Position numbers and translations under genes: made by a program. A DNA stretch of 64,000 nucleotides from Gordius albopunctatus (lineage: Eukaryota). The notes under the pieces are model-generated. The model saw only the letters and a list, made by a program, of their open reading frames with translations, was not told the DNA's origin and did no database searches. Positions 25,001-40,700 of the stretch are shown here, in pieces (the first letter of the stretch is position 1; the number at the start of each line of letters is the position of its first letter). The stretch is from assembly GCA_964276515.1 (NCBI GenBank), contig OZ193910.1, forward strand, positions 7,068,001 through 7,132,000, read 5' to 3'.

Positions 25001-28000
25001 TAGGATTCTCAAATGAGCTTACTTTTTTATATTTTTTCAAGCTCTTTTACATAAAATAACAAAAAATATATTTTTCAGGGTAAAATAATTCACAATTTTT
25101 TCCTTTCAACCATATTCAACCGATGAAAGTTTTTATTTTCAGACGTGATTTCCATGATAAAAAGTCAAAATTTATCAGAATTAGAGAACTATTACTTTTA
25201 AATCATCATCGCATAGAGCATTTTTCAAAGATTAAGCACTCACGTTGCGATACAACAAACTAATCGCAACAATATAACGTTGTCTTTTCTCAAAATGATA
25301 GTTCTCGCAGCTTGAAACTTCTTATATGGAGTCGATCGAGAAAAATAGGATTCTCAAATGAGCTTACTTTTTTATATTTTTTCAAGCTCTTTTACATAAA
25401 ATAACAAAAAATATATTTTTCAGGTTAAAATAATTCACAATTTTTTCCTTTCAACCATATTCAACCGATGAAAGTTTTTATTTTCAGACGTGATTTCCAT
25501 GATAAAAAGTCAAAATTTATCAGAATTAGAGAACTATTACTTTTAAATCATCATCGCATAGAGCATTTTTCAAAGATTAAGCACTCACGTTGCGATACAA
25601 CAAACTAATCGCAACAATATAACGTTGTCTTTTCTCAAAATGATTGTTCTCGCAGATTAAAAATTGTTATAAGGAGTCGATCGAGAATAATAGGATTCTC
25701 AAATGAGCTTACTTTTATATATTTTTTCAAGCTCTTTTACATAAAATAACAAAAAATATATTTTTTCAGGTTAAAATAATTCATAATTTTTTCCTTCCAA
25801 ACATATTCATCCGATAAAAGTTGTTATTTTCAGACGTGATTTCCATGATAAAAGTTAAAATTTATCAGAATTAGAAAACTATTACTTTTAAATCATCATC
25901 GCATAGAGCATGTTTCAAAGATTAAGCACTCACGTTGCGATACAACAAACTAATCGCAACAATATAACGTTGTCTTTTCTCAAATGATAGTTCTCGCAGC
26001 TTGAAACTTCTTATATGGAGTCGATCGAGAAAAATAGGATTCTCAAATGAGCTTACTTTTTTATATTTTTTCAAGCACTTTTACATAAAATAACAAAAAA
26101 TATATTTTTCAGGTTAAAATAATTCACAATTTTTTCCTTTCAACCATATTCAACCGATGAAAGTTTTTATTTTCTGACGTGATTTCCATGATAAAAAGTC
26201 AAAATTTATCAGAATTAGAAAACTATTACTTTTAAATCATCATCGCATAGAGCATGTTTCAAAGATTAAGCACTCACGTTGCGATACAACAAACTAATCG
26301 CAACAATATAACGTTGTCTTTTCTCAAATGATAGTTCTCGCAGCTTGAAACTTCTTATATGGAGTCGATCGAGAAAAATAGGATTCTCAAATGAGCTTAC
26401 TTTTTTATATTTTTTCAAGCACTTTTACATAAAATAACAAAAAATATATTTTTCAGGTTAAAATAATTCACAATTTTTTCCTTTCAACCATATTCAACCG
26501 ATGAAAGTTTTTATTTTCTGACGTGATTTCCATGATAAAAAGTCAAAATTTATCAGAATTAGAAAACTATTACTTTTAAATCATCATCGCATAGAGCATG
26601 TTTCAAAGATTAAGCACTCACGTTGCGATACAACAAACTAATCGCAACAATATAACGTTGTCTTTTCTCAAAATGATAGTTCTCGCAGCTTGAAACTTCT
26701 TATATGGAGTCGATCGAGAAAAATAGGATTCTCAAATGAGCTTACTTTTTTATATTTTTTCAAGCTCTTTTACATAAAATAACAAAAAATATATTTTTCA
26801 GGTTAAAATAATTCACAATTTTTTCCTTTCAACCATATTCAACCGATGAAATTTTTTATTTTCAGACGTGATTTCCATGATAAAAAGTCAAAATTTATCA
26901 GAATTAGAAAACTATTACTTTTAAATCATCCTCGCATAGAGCATGTTTCAAAAATTAGGCACTCACGTTGCGATACAACAATCTAATCGCAACAATATAA
27001 CGTTGTCTTTTCTCAAAATGATAGTTCTCGCAGCTTGAAACTTCTTATATGGAGTCGATCGAGAAAAATAGGATTCTCAAATGAGCTTACTTTTTTATAT
27101 TTTTTCAAGCTCTTTTACATAAAATAACAAAAAATATATTTTTTCAGGTTAAAATAATTCACAATTTTTTCCTTTCAACCATATTCAACCGATGAAAGTT
27201 TTTATTTCCAGACGTGATTTCCATGATAAAAAGTCAAAATTTATCAGAATTAGAGAACTATTACTTTGAAATCATCCTCGCATAGAGCATGTTTCAAAGA
27301 TTAAGCACTCACGTTGCGATACAACAAACTAATCGCAACAATATAACGTTGTCTTTTCTCAAAATGATAGTTCTCGCAGCTTGAAACTTCTTATAAGGAG
27401 TCGATCGAGAAAAATAGGATTCTCAAATGAGCTTACTTTTTTATATTTTTTCAAGCTCTTTTACATAAAATAACAAAAAATATATTTTTCAGGTTAAAAT
27501 AATTCACAATTTTTTCCTTTCAACCATATTCAACCGATGAAATTTTTTATTTTCAGACGTGATTTCCATGATAAAAAGTCAAAATTTATCAGAATTAGAA
27601 AACTATTACTTTTAAATCATCCTCGCATAGAGCATGTTTCAAAAATTAAGCACTCACGTTGCGATACAACAAACTAATCGCAACAATATAACGTTGACTT
27701 TTCTCAAAATGATTGTTCTCGCAACTTTAAACTTCTTATATGGAGTCGATCGAGAATAATAGGATTCTCAAATTAGCTTACTTTTATATATTTTATCAAG
27801 CTCTTTTACATAAAATACAACAAATTATATTTATTTAGCTCCGAATAATTCACAATTTTTTCCTTTCAACCATATTTAACCAATGAAAGTTGTTATTTTC
27901 AGACGTGATTTCCATGATAAAAAGTCAAAATTTATCAGAATTAGAGAACTATTACTTTGAAATCATCCTCGCATAGAGCATGTTTCAAAGATTAAGCACT

Positions 28001-31000
28001 CACGTTGCGATACAACAAACTAATCGCAACAATATAACGTTGTCTTTTCTCAAAATGATAGTTCTCGCAGCTTGAAACTTCTTATAAGGAGTCGATCGAG
28101 AAAAATAGGATTCTCAAATGAGCTTACTTTTTTATATTTTTTCAAGCTCTTTTACATAAAATAACAAAAAATATATTTTTCAGGTTAAAATAATTCACAA
28201 TTTTTTCCTTTCAACCATATTCAACCGATGAAATTTTTTATTTTCAGACGTGATTTCCATGATAAAAAGTCAAAATTTATCAGAATTAGAAAACTATTAC
28301 TTTTAAATCATCCTCGCATAGAGCATGTTTCAAAAATTAAGCACTCACGTTGCGATACAACAAACTAATCGCAACAATATAACGTTGACTTTTCTCAAAA
28401 TGATAGTTCTCGCAGCTTGAAACTTCTTATATGGAGTCGATCGAGAAAAATAGGATTCTCAAATGAGCTTACTTTTTTATATTTTTTCAAGCTCTTTTAC
28501 ATAAAATAACAAAAAATATATTTTTTCAGGTTAAAATAATTCACAATTTTTTCCTTTCAACCATATTCAACCGATGAAAGTTTTTATTTCCAGACGTGAT
28601 TTCCATGATAAAAAGTCAAAATTTATCAGAATTAGAGAACTATTACTTTGAAATCATCCTCGCATAGAGCATGTTTCAAAGATTAAGCACTCACGTTGCG
28701 ATACAACAAACTAATCGCAACAATATAACGTTGTCTTTTCTCAAAATGATAGTTCTCGCAGCGTAAAAATTCTTATAAGGAGTCGATCGAGAATAATACG
28801 ATTCTCAAATTAGCTTATTTTTATATATTTTATCAAGCTCTTTTATATAAAATAATAAAAAATATATTATTTAGCTCCGAATAACTCACAATTTTTTCCA
28901 TTCAACCATATTCATCCAATGAAAGTTTTATTTTCCGACCTGATTTCCATGATAAAAAGTTAAAATTTATCAGAATTAGAGAACTATTATTTAAAATCAT
29001 CATCGCATAGAGCATGTTTCAAAAATTAAGCACTCACTTTGCGATACAACAAACTAATCGCAACAATATAACGTTGTTTTTTCTCAAAATGATTGTTCTC
29101 GCAGATTAAAAATTCTTATAAGGAGTCGATCGAGAAAAATAGGATTCTCAAATGAGCTTACTTTTTTATATTTTTTCAAGCTCTTTTACATAAAATAACA
29201 AAAAATATATTTTTCAGGTTAAAATAATTTACAATTTTTTCCTTTCAACCATATTCAACCGATGAAAGTTTTTATTTTCAGACGAGATTTCCATGATAAA
29301 AAGTCAAAATTTATCAGAATTAGAGAACTATTACTTTTAAATCATCATCGAATAGAGCATTTTTCAAAGATTAAGCACTCACGTTGCGATACAACAAACT
29401 AATCGCAACAATATAACGTTGTCTTTTCTCAAAATGATAGTTCTCGCAGCTTGAAACTTCTTATATGGAGTCGATCGAGAAAAATAGGATTCTCAAATGA
29501 GCTTACTTTTTTATATTTTTTCAAGCTCTTTTACATAAAATAACAAAAAATATATTTTTCAGGTTAAAATAATTCACAATTTTTTCCTTTCAACCATATT
29601 CAACCGATGAAAGTTTTTATTTTCAGACGTGATTTCCATAATAAAAAGTCAAAATTTATCAGAATTAGAAAACTATTACTTTTAAATCATCATCGCATAG
29701 AGCATTTTTCAAAAATTAGGCACTCACGTTGCGATACAACAAACTAATCGCAACAATATAACGTTCTCCTTTTCTCAAAATGATTGTTCTCGCAGCTTAA
29801 AAATTCTTATAAGGAGTCGATCGAGAATAATAGGATTCTCAAATGAGCTTACTTTTATATATTTTTTCAAGCTCTTTTAGATAAAATAACAAAAATATAT
29901 ATTTTTTCAGGTTAAAATACTTCACAATTTTTTCCTTTCAACCATATTCAACCGATGAAATTTTTTATTTTCAGACGTGATTTCCATGATAAAAAGTCAA
30001 AATTTATCAGAATTAGAAAACTATTACTTTTAAATCATCATCGCATAGAGCATGTTTCAAAAATTAAGCACTCACGTTGCGATACAACAAACTAATCGCA
30101 ACAATATAACGTTGACTTTTCTCAAAATGATTGTTCTCGCAACTTTAAACTTCTTATATGGAGTCGATCGAGAATAATAGGATTCTCAAATTAGCTTACT
30201 TTTATATATTTTATCAAGCTCTTTTACATAAAATACAACAAATTATATTTATTTAGCTCCGAATAATTCACAATTTTTTCCTTTCAACCATATTTAACCA
30301 ATGAAAGTTGTTATTTTCAGACGTGATTTCCATGATAAAAAGTCAAAATTTATCAGAATTAGAAAACTATTACTTTTAAATCATCATCGCATAGAGCATG
30401 TTTCAAAGATTAAGCACTCACGTTGCGATACAACAAACTAATCGCATCAATATAACGTTGTCTTTTCTCAAAATGATAGTTCTCGCAGCTTGAAACTTCT
30501 TATATGGAGTCGATCGAGAAAAATAGGATTCTCAAATGAGCTTACTTTTTTATATTTTTTCAAGCTCTTTTACATAAAATAACAAAAAATATATTTTTTC
30601 AGGTTAAAATAATTCACAATTTTTTCCTTTCAACCATATTCAACCGATGAAAGTTTTTATTTTCAGACGTGATTTCCATGATAAAAAGTCAAAATTTATC
30701 AGAATTAGAGAACTATTACTTTTAAATCATCATCGCATAGAGCATTTTTCAAAGATTAAGCACTCACGTTGCGATACAACAAACTAATCGCAACAATATA
30801 ACGTTGTCTTTTCTCAAAATGATTGTTCTCGCAACTTTAAACTTCTTATATGGAGTCGATCGAGAATAATAGGATTCTCAAATTAGCTTACTTTTATATA
30901 TTTTATCAAGCTCTTTAACATAAAATAACACAAATTATATTTATTTAGCTCCGAATAACTCACAATTTTTTCCATTCAACCATATTCATCCAATGAAAGT

Positions 31001-34000
31001 TTTATTTTCCGACCTGATTTCCATAATAAAAAGTTAAAATTTATCAGAATTAGAGAACTATTATTTGAAATCATCATCGCATAGAGCATGTTTCAAAAAT
31101 TAAGCACTCACTTTGCGATACAACAAACTAATCGCAACAATATAACGTTGTTTTTTCTCAAAATGATTGTTCTCGCAGATTAAAAATTCTTATAAGGAGT
31201 CGATCGAGAATAATAGGATTCTCAAATGAGCTTACTTTTATATATTTTTTCAAGCTCTTTTAGATAAAATAACAAAAAATATATTTTTTCAGTTTAAAAT
31301 ACTTCACAATTTTTTCCTTTCAACCATATTCAACCGATGAAATTTTTTATTTTCAGACGTGATTTCCATGATAAAAAGTCAAAATTTCTCAGAATTAGAA
31401 AACTATTACTTTTAAATCATCATCGCATAGAGCATGTTTCAAAAATTAAGCACTCACGTTGCGATACAACAAACTAATCGCAACAATATAACGTTGACTT
31501 TTCTCAAAATGATTGTTCTCGCAACTTTAAACTTCTTATATGGAGTCGATCGAGAATAATAGGATTCTCAAATTAGCTTACTTTTATATATTTTATCAAG
31601 CTCTTTTACATAAAATAACAAAAATTATATTTATTTAGCTCCGAATAACTCACAATTTTTTCCATTCAACCATATTCATCCAATGAAAGTTTTATTTTCC
31701 GACCTGATTTCCATGATAAAAAGTTAAAATTTATCAGAATTAGAGAACTATTATTTGAAATCATCATCGCATAGAGCATGTTTCAAAAATTAAGCACTCA
31801 CTTTGCGATACAACAAACTAATCGCAACAATATAACGTTGTTTTTTCTCAAAATGATTGTTCTCGCAGATTAAAAATTCTTATAAGGAGTCGATCAAGAA
31901 TAATAGGATTCTCAAATGAGCTTACTTTTATATATTTTTTCAAGCTCTTTTAGATAAAATAACAAAAAATATATTTTTTTAGGTTAAAATACTTCACAAT
32001 TTTTTCCTTTCAACAATATTCAACCGATGAAAGTTTTTATTTTCAGACGTGATTTCCATGATAAAAAGTCAAAATTTATCAGAATTAGAAAACTATTACT
32101 TTTAAATCATCATCGCATAGAGCATGTTTCAAAGATTAAGCACTCACGTTGCGATACAACAAACTAATCGCAACAATATAACGTTGTCTTTTCTCAAAAT
32201 GATAGTTCTCGCAGCTTGAAACTTCTTATATGGAGTCGATCGAGAAAAATAGGATTCTCAAATGAGCTTACTTTTTTATATTTTTTCAAGCTCTTTTACA
32301 TAAAATAACAAAAAATATATTTTTTCAGGTTAAAATAATTCACAATTATTTCCTTTCAACCATATTCAACCGATGAAAGTTTTTATTTTCAGACGTGATT
32401 TCCATGATAAAAAGTCAAAATTTATCAGAATTAGAAAACTATTACTTTTAAATCATCATCGCATAGAGCATGTTTCAAAGATTAAGCACTCACGTTGCGA
32501 TACAACAAACTAATCGCAACAATATAACGTTGACTTTTCTCAAAATGATTGTTCTCGCAACTTTAAACTTCTTATATGGAGTCGATCGAGAATAATAGGA
32601 TTCTCAAATTAGCTTACTTTTATATATTTTATCAAGCTCTTTTACATAAAATAACACAAATTATATTTATTTAGCTCCGAATAATTCACAATTTTTTCCT
32701 TTCAACCATATTTAACCAATGAAAGTTGTTATTTTCAGACGTGATTTCCATGATAAAAAGTCAAAATTTATCAGAATTAGAAAACTATTACTTTTAAATC
32801 ATCATCGCATAGAGCATGTTTCAAAAATTAAGCACTCACTTTGCGATACAACAAACTAATCGCAACAATATAACGTTGTTTTTTCTCAAAATGATTGTTC
32901 TCGCAGATTAAAAATTCTTATAAGGAGTCGATCGAGAATAATAGGATTCTCAAATGAGCTTACTTTTATATATTTTTTCAAGCTCTTTTAGATAAAATAA
33001 CAAAAAATATATTTTTTCAGTTTAAAATACTTCACAATTTTTTCCTTTCAACCATATTCAACCGATGAAATTTTTTATTTTCAGACGTGATTTCCATGAT
33101 AAAAAGTCAAAATTTATCAGAATTAGAAAACTATTACTTTTAAATCATCATCGCATAGAGCATGTTTCAAAAATTAAGCACTCACGTTGCGATACAACAA
33201 ACTAATCGCAACAATATAACGTTGACTTTTCTCAAAATGATTGTTCTCGCAACTTTAAACTTCTTATATGGAGTCGATCGAGAATAATAGGATTCTCAAA
33301 TTAGCTTACTTTTATATATTTTATCAAGCTCTTTTACATAAAATAACAAAAATTATATTTATTTAGCTCCGAATAACTCACAATTTTTTCCATTCAACCA
33401 TATTCATCCAATGAAAGTTTTATTTTCCGACCTGATTTCCATGATAAAAAGTTAAAATTTATCAGAATTAGAGAACTATTATTTGAAATCATCATCGCAT
33501 AGAGCATGTTTCAAAAATTAAGCACTCACTTTGCGATACAACAAACTAATCGCAACAATATAACGTTGTTTTTTCTCAAAATGATTGTACTCGCAGATTA
33601 AAAATTCTTATAAGGAGTCGATCGAGAATAATAGGATTCTCAAATGAGCTTACTTTTATATATTTTTTCAAGCTCTTTTAGATAAAATAACAAAAAATAT
33701 ATTTTTTTAGGTTAAAATACTTCACAATTTTTTCCTTTCAACAATATTCAACCGATGAAAGTTTTTATTTTCAGACGTGATTTCCATGATAAAAAGTCAA
33801 AATTTATCAGAATTAGAAAACTATTACTTTTAAATCATCATCGCATAGAGCATGTTTCAAAGATTAAGCACTCACGTTGCGATACAACAAACTAATCGCA
33901 ACAATATAACGTTGTCTTTTCTCAAAATGATAGTTCTCGCAGCTTGAAACTTCTTATATGGAGTCGATCGAGAAAAATAGGATTCTCAAATGAGCTTACT

Positions 34001-37000
34001 TTTTTATATTTTTTCAAGCTCTTTTACATAAAATAACAAAAAATATATTTTTTCAGGTTAAAATAATTCACAATTTTTTCCATTCAACCATATTCATCCA
34101 ATGAAAGTTTTATTTTCCGACCTGATTTCCATGATAAAAAGTCAAAATTTATCAGAATTAGAAAACTATTACTTTTAAATCATCATCGCATAGAGCATGT
34201 TTCAAAGATTAAGCACTCACGTTGCGATACAACAAACTAATCGCAACAATATAACGTTGACTTTTCTCAAAATGATTGTTCTCGCAACTTTAAACTTCTT
34301 ATATGGAGTCGATCGAGAATAATAGGATTCTCAAATTAGCTTACTTTTATATATTTTATCAAGCTCTTTTACATAAAATAACACAAATTATATTTATTTA
34401 GCTCCGAATAATTCACAATTTTTTCCTTTCAACCATATTTAACCAATGAAAGTTGTTATTTTCAGACGTGATTTCCATGATAAAAAGTCAAAATTTATCA
34501 GAATTAGAAAACTATTACTTTTAAATCATCATCGCATAGAGCATGTTTCAAAGATTAAGCACTCACGTTGCGATACAACAAACTAATCGCATCAATATAA
34601 CGTTGTCTTTTCTCAAAATGATGGTTCTCGCAGCTTGAAACTTCTTATATGGAGTCGATCGAGAAAAATAGGATTCTCAAATGAGCTTACTTTTTTATAT
34701 TTTTTCAAGCTCTTTTACATAAAATAACAAAAAATATATTTTTTCAGGTTAAAATAATTCACAATTTTTTCCTTTCAACCATATTCAACCGATGAAAGTT
34801 TTTATTTTCAGACGTGATTTCCATGATAAAAAGTCAAAATTTATCAGAATTAGAGAACTATTACTTTTAAATCATCATCGCATAGAGCATTTTTCAAAGA
34901 TTAAGCACTCACGTTGCGATACAACAAACTAATCGCAACAATATAACGTTGTCTTTTCTCAAAATGATTGTTCTCGCAACTTTAAACTTCTTATATGGAG
35001 TCGATCGAGAATAATAGGATTCTCAAATTAGCTTACTTTTATATATTTTATCAAGCTCTTTAACATAAAATAACACAAATTATATTTATTTAGCTCCGAA
35101 TAACTCACAATTTTTTCCATTCAACCATATTCATCCAATGAAAGTTTTATTTTCCGACCTGATTTCCATAATAAAAAGTTAAAATTTATCAGAATTAGAG
35201 AACTATTATTTGAAATCATCATCGCATAGAGCATGTTTCAAAAATTAAGCACTCACTTTGCGATACAACAAACTAATCGCAACAATATAACGTTGTTTTT
35301 TCTCAAAATGATTGTTCTCGCAGATTAAAAATTCTTATAAGGAGTCGATCGAGAATAATAGGATTCTCAAATGAGCTTACTTTTATATATTTTTTCAAGC
35401 TCTTTTAGATAAAATAACAAAAAATATATTTTTTCAGTTTAAAATACTTCACAATTTTTTCCTTTCAACCATATTCAACCGATGAAATTTTTTATTTTCA
35501 GACGTGATTTCCATGATAAAAAGTCAAAATTTATCAGAATTAGAAAACTATTACTTTTAAATCATCATCGCATAGAGCATGTTTCAAAAATTAAGCACTC
35601 ACGTTGCGATACAACAAACTAATCGCAACAATATAACGTTGACTTTTCTCAAAATGATTGTTCTCGCAACTTTAAACTTCTTATATGGAGTCGATCGAGA
35701 ATAATAGGATTCTCAAATTAGCTTACTTTTATATATTTTATCAAGCTCTTTTACATAAAATAACAAAAATTATATTTATTTAGCTCCGAATAACTCACAA
35801 TTTTTTCCATTCAACCATATTCATCCAATGAAAGTTTTATTTTCCGACCTGATTTCCATGATAAAAAGTTAAAATTTATCAGAATTAGAGAACTATTATT
35901 TGAAATCATCATCGCATAGAGCATGTTTCAAAAATTAAGCACTCACTTTGCGATACAACAAACTAATCGCAACAATATAACGTTGTTTTTTCTCAAAATG
36001 ATTGTACTCGCAGATTAAAAATTCTTATAAGGAGTCGATCGAGAATAATAGGATTCTCAAATGAGCTTACTTTTATATATTTTTTCAAGCTCTTTTAGAT
36101 AAAATAACAAAAAATATATTTTTTTAGGTTAAAATACTTCACAATTTTTTCCTTTCAACAATATTCAACCGATGAAAGTTTTTATTTTCAGACGTGATTT
36201 CCATGATAAAAAGTCAAAATTTATCAGAATTAGAAAACTATTACTTTTAAATCATCATCGCATAGAGCATGTTTCAAAGATTAAGCACTCACGTTGCGAT
36301 ACAACAAACTAATCGCAACAATATAACGTTGTCTTTTCTCAAAATGATAGTTCTCGCAGCTTGAAACTTCTTATATGGAGTCGATCGAGAAAAATAGGAT
36401 TCTCAAATGAGCTTACTTTTTTATATTTTTTCAAGCTCTTTTACATAAAATAACAAAAAATATATTTTTTCAGGTTAAAATAATTCACAATTTTTTCCAT
36501 TCAACCATATTCATCCAATGAAAGTTTTATTTTCCGACCTGATTTCCATGATAAAAAGTTAAAATTTATCAGAATTAGAGAACTATTATTTGAAATCATC
36601 ATCGCATAGAGCATGTTTCAAAAATTAAGCACTCACTTTGCGATACAACAAACTAATCGCAACAATATAACGTTGTCTTTTCTCAAAATGATAGTTCTCG
36701 CAGCTTGAAACTTCTTATATGGAGTCGATCGAGAAAAATAGGATTCTCAAATGAGCTTACTTTTATATATTTTATCAAGCTCTTTTACATAAAATAACAA
36801 AAATTATATTTATTTAGCTCCGAATAACTCACAATTTTTTCCATTCAACCATATTCATCCAATGAAAGTTTTATTTTCCGACCTGATTTCCATAATAAAA
36901 AGTTAAAATTTATCAGAATTAGAGAACTATTATTTGAAATCATCATCGCATAGAGCATGTTTCAAAAATTAAGCACTCACTTTGCGATACAACAAACTAA

Positions 37001-37745
37001 TCGCAACAATATAACGTTGTTTTTTCTCAAAATGATTGTTCTCGCAGATTAAAAATTCTTATAAGGAGTCGATCGAGAATAATAGGATTCTCAAATGAGC
37101 TTACTTTTATATATTTTTTCAAGCTCTTTTAGATAAAATAACAAAAAATATATTTTTTCAGTTTAAAATACTTCACAATTTTTTCCTTTCAACCATATTC
37201 AACCGATGAAATTTTTTATTTTCAGACGTGATTTCCATGATAAAAAGTCAAAATTTATCAGAATTAGAAAACTATTACTTTTAAATCATCATCGCATAGA
37301 GCATGTTTCAAAAATTAAGCACTCACGTTGCGATACAACAAACTAATCGCAACAATATAACGTTGACTTTTCTCAAAATGATTGTTCTCGCAACTTTAAA
37401 CTTCTTATATGGAGTCGATCGAGAATAATAGGATTCTCAAATTAGCTTACTTTTATATATTTTATCAAGCTCTTTTACATAAAATAACAAAAATTATATT
37501 TATTTAGCTCCGAATAACTCACAATTTTTTCCATTCAACCATATTCATCCAATGAAAGTTTTATTTTCCGACCTGATTTCCATGATAAAAAGTTAAAATT
37601 TATCAGAATTAGAGAACTATTATTTGAAATCATCATCGCATAGAGCATGTTTCAAAAATTAAGCACTCACTTTGCGATACAACAAACTAATCGCAACAAT
37701 ATAACGTTGTTTTTTCTCAAAATGATTGTTCTCGCAGATTAAAAA

Positions 37746-40700
37746 TTCTTATAAGGAGTCGATCGAGAATAATAGGATTCTCAAATGAGCTTACTTTTAT
37801 ATATTTTTTCAAGCTCTTTTAGATAAAATAACAAAAAATATATTTTTTTAGGTTAAAATACTTCACAATTTTTTCCTTTCAACAATATTCAACCGATGAA
37901 AGTTTTTATTTTCAGACGTGATTTCCATGATAAAAAGTCAAAATTTATCAGAATTAGAAAACTATTACTTTTAAATCATCATCGCATAGAGCATGTTTCA
38001 AAGATTAAGCACTCACGTTGCGATACAACAAACTAATCGCAACAATATAACGTTGTCTTTTCTCAAAATGATAGTTCTCGCAGCTTGAAACTTCTTATAT
38101 GGAGTCGATCGAGAAAAATAGGATTCTCAAATGAGCTTACTTTTTTATATTTTTTCAAGCTCTTTTACATAAAATAACAAAAAAAATATATTTTTTCAGG
38201 TTAAAATAATTCACAATTTTTTCCTTTCAACCATATTCAACCGATGAAAGTTTTTATTTTCAGACGTGATTTCCATGATAAAAAGTCAAAATTTATCAGA
38301 ATTAGAAAACTATTACTTTTAAATCATCATCGCATAGAGCATGTTTCAAAGATTAAGCACTCACGTTGCGATACAACAAACTAATCGCAACAATATAACG
38401 TTGACTTTTCTCAAAATGATTGTTCTCGCAACTTTAAACTTCTTATATGGAGTCGATCGAGAATAATAGGATTCTCAAATTAGCTTACTTTTATATATTT
38501 TATCAAGCTCTTTTACATAAAATAACAAAAATTATATTTATTTAGCTCCGAATAACTCACAATTTTTTCCATTCAACCATATTCATCCAATGAAAGTTTT
38601 ATTTTCCGACCTGATTTCCATGATAAAAAGTTAAAATTTATCAGAATTAGAGAACTATTATTTGAAATCATCATCGCATAGAGCATGTTTCAAAAATTAA
38701 GCACTCACTTTGCGATACAACAAACTAATCGCAACAATATAACGTTGTTTTTTCTCAAAATGATTGTTCTCGCAGATTAAAAATTCTTATAAGGAGTCGA
38801 TCGAGAATAATAGGATTCTCAAATGAGCTTACTTTTATATATTTTTTCAAGCTCTTTTAGATAAAATAACAAAAAATATATTTTTTTAGGTTAAAATACT
38901 TCACAATTTTTTCCTTTCAACAATATTCAACCGATGAAAGTTTTTATTTTCAGACGTGATTTCCATGATAAAAAGTCAAAATTTATCAGAATTAGAAAAC
39001 TATTACTTTTAAATCATCATCGCATAGAGCATGTTTCAAAGATTAAGCACTCACGTTGCGATACAACAAACTAATCGCAACAATATAACGTTGACTTCTC
39101 AAAATGATTGTTCTCGCAACTTTAAACTTCTTATATGGAGTCGATCGAGAATAATAGGATTCTCAAATTAGCTTACTTTTATATATTTTATCAAGCTCTT
39201 TTACATAAAATAACACAAATTATATTTATTTAGCTCCGAATAATTCACAATTTTTTCCTTTCAACCATATTTAACCAATGAAAGTTGTTATTTTCAGACG
39301 TGATTTCCATGATAAAAAGTCAAAATTTATCAGAATTAGAAAACTATTACTTTTAAATCATCATCGCATAGAGCATGTTTCAAAGATTAAGCACTCACGT
39401 TGCGATACAACAAACTAATCGCATCAATATAACGTTGTCTTTTCTCAAAATGATAGTTCTCGCAGCTTGAAACTTCTTATATGGAGTCGATCGAGAAAAA
39501 TAGGATTCTCAAATGAGCTTACTTTTTTATATTTTTTCAAGCTCTTTTACATAAAATAACAAAAAATATATTTTTTTAGGTTAAAATACTTCACAATTTT
39601 TTCCTTTCAACAATATTCAACCGATGAAAGTTTTTATTTTCAGACGTGATTTCCATGATAAAAAGTCAAAATTTATCAGAATTAGAAAACTATTACTTTT
39701 AAATCATCATCGCATAGAGCATGTTTCAAAGATTAAGCACTCACGTTGCGATACAACAAACTAATCGCAACAATATAACGTTGTCTTTTCTCAAAATGAT
39801 AGTTCTCGCAGCTTGAAACTTCTTATATGGAGTCGATCGAGAAAAATAGGATTCTCAAATGAGCTTACTTTTTTATATTTTTTCAAGCTCTTTTACATAA
39901 AATAACAAAAAATATATTTTTTCAGGTTAAAATAATTCACAATTTTTTCCTTTCAACCATATTCAACCGATGAAAGTTTTTATTTTCAGACGTGATTTCC
40001 ATGATAAAAAGTCAAAATTTATCAGAATTAGAAAACTATTACTTTTAAATCATCATCGCATAGAGCATGTTTCAAAGATTAAGCACTCACGTTGCGATAC
40101 AACAAACTAATCGCAACAATATAACGTTGACTTTTCTCAAAATGATTGTTCTCGCAACTTTAAACTTCTTATATGGAGTCGATCGAGAATAATAGGATTC
40201 TCAAATTAGCTTACTTTTATATATTTTATCAAGCTCTTTTACATAAAATAACACAAATTATATTTATTTAGCTCCGAATAATTCACAATTTTTTCCTTTC
40301 AACCATATTTAACCAATGAAAGTTGTTATTTTCAGACGTGATTTCCATGATAAAAAGTCAAAATTTATCAGAATTAGAAAACTATTACTTTTAAATCATC
40401 ATCGCATAGAGCATGTTTCAAAGATTAAGCACTCACGTTGCGATACAACAAACTAATCGCATCAATATAACGTTGTCTTTTCTCAAAATGATAGTTCTCG
40501 CAGCTTGAAACTTCTTATAAGGAGTCGATCGAGAATAATAGGATTCTCAAATGAGCTTACTTTTATATATTTTTTCAAGCTCTTTTAGATAAAATAACAA
40601 AAAATATATTTTTTTAGGTTAAAATACTTCACAATTTTTTCCTTTCAACAATATTCAACCGATGAAAGTTTTTATTTTCAGACGTGATTTCCATGATAAA

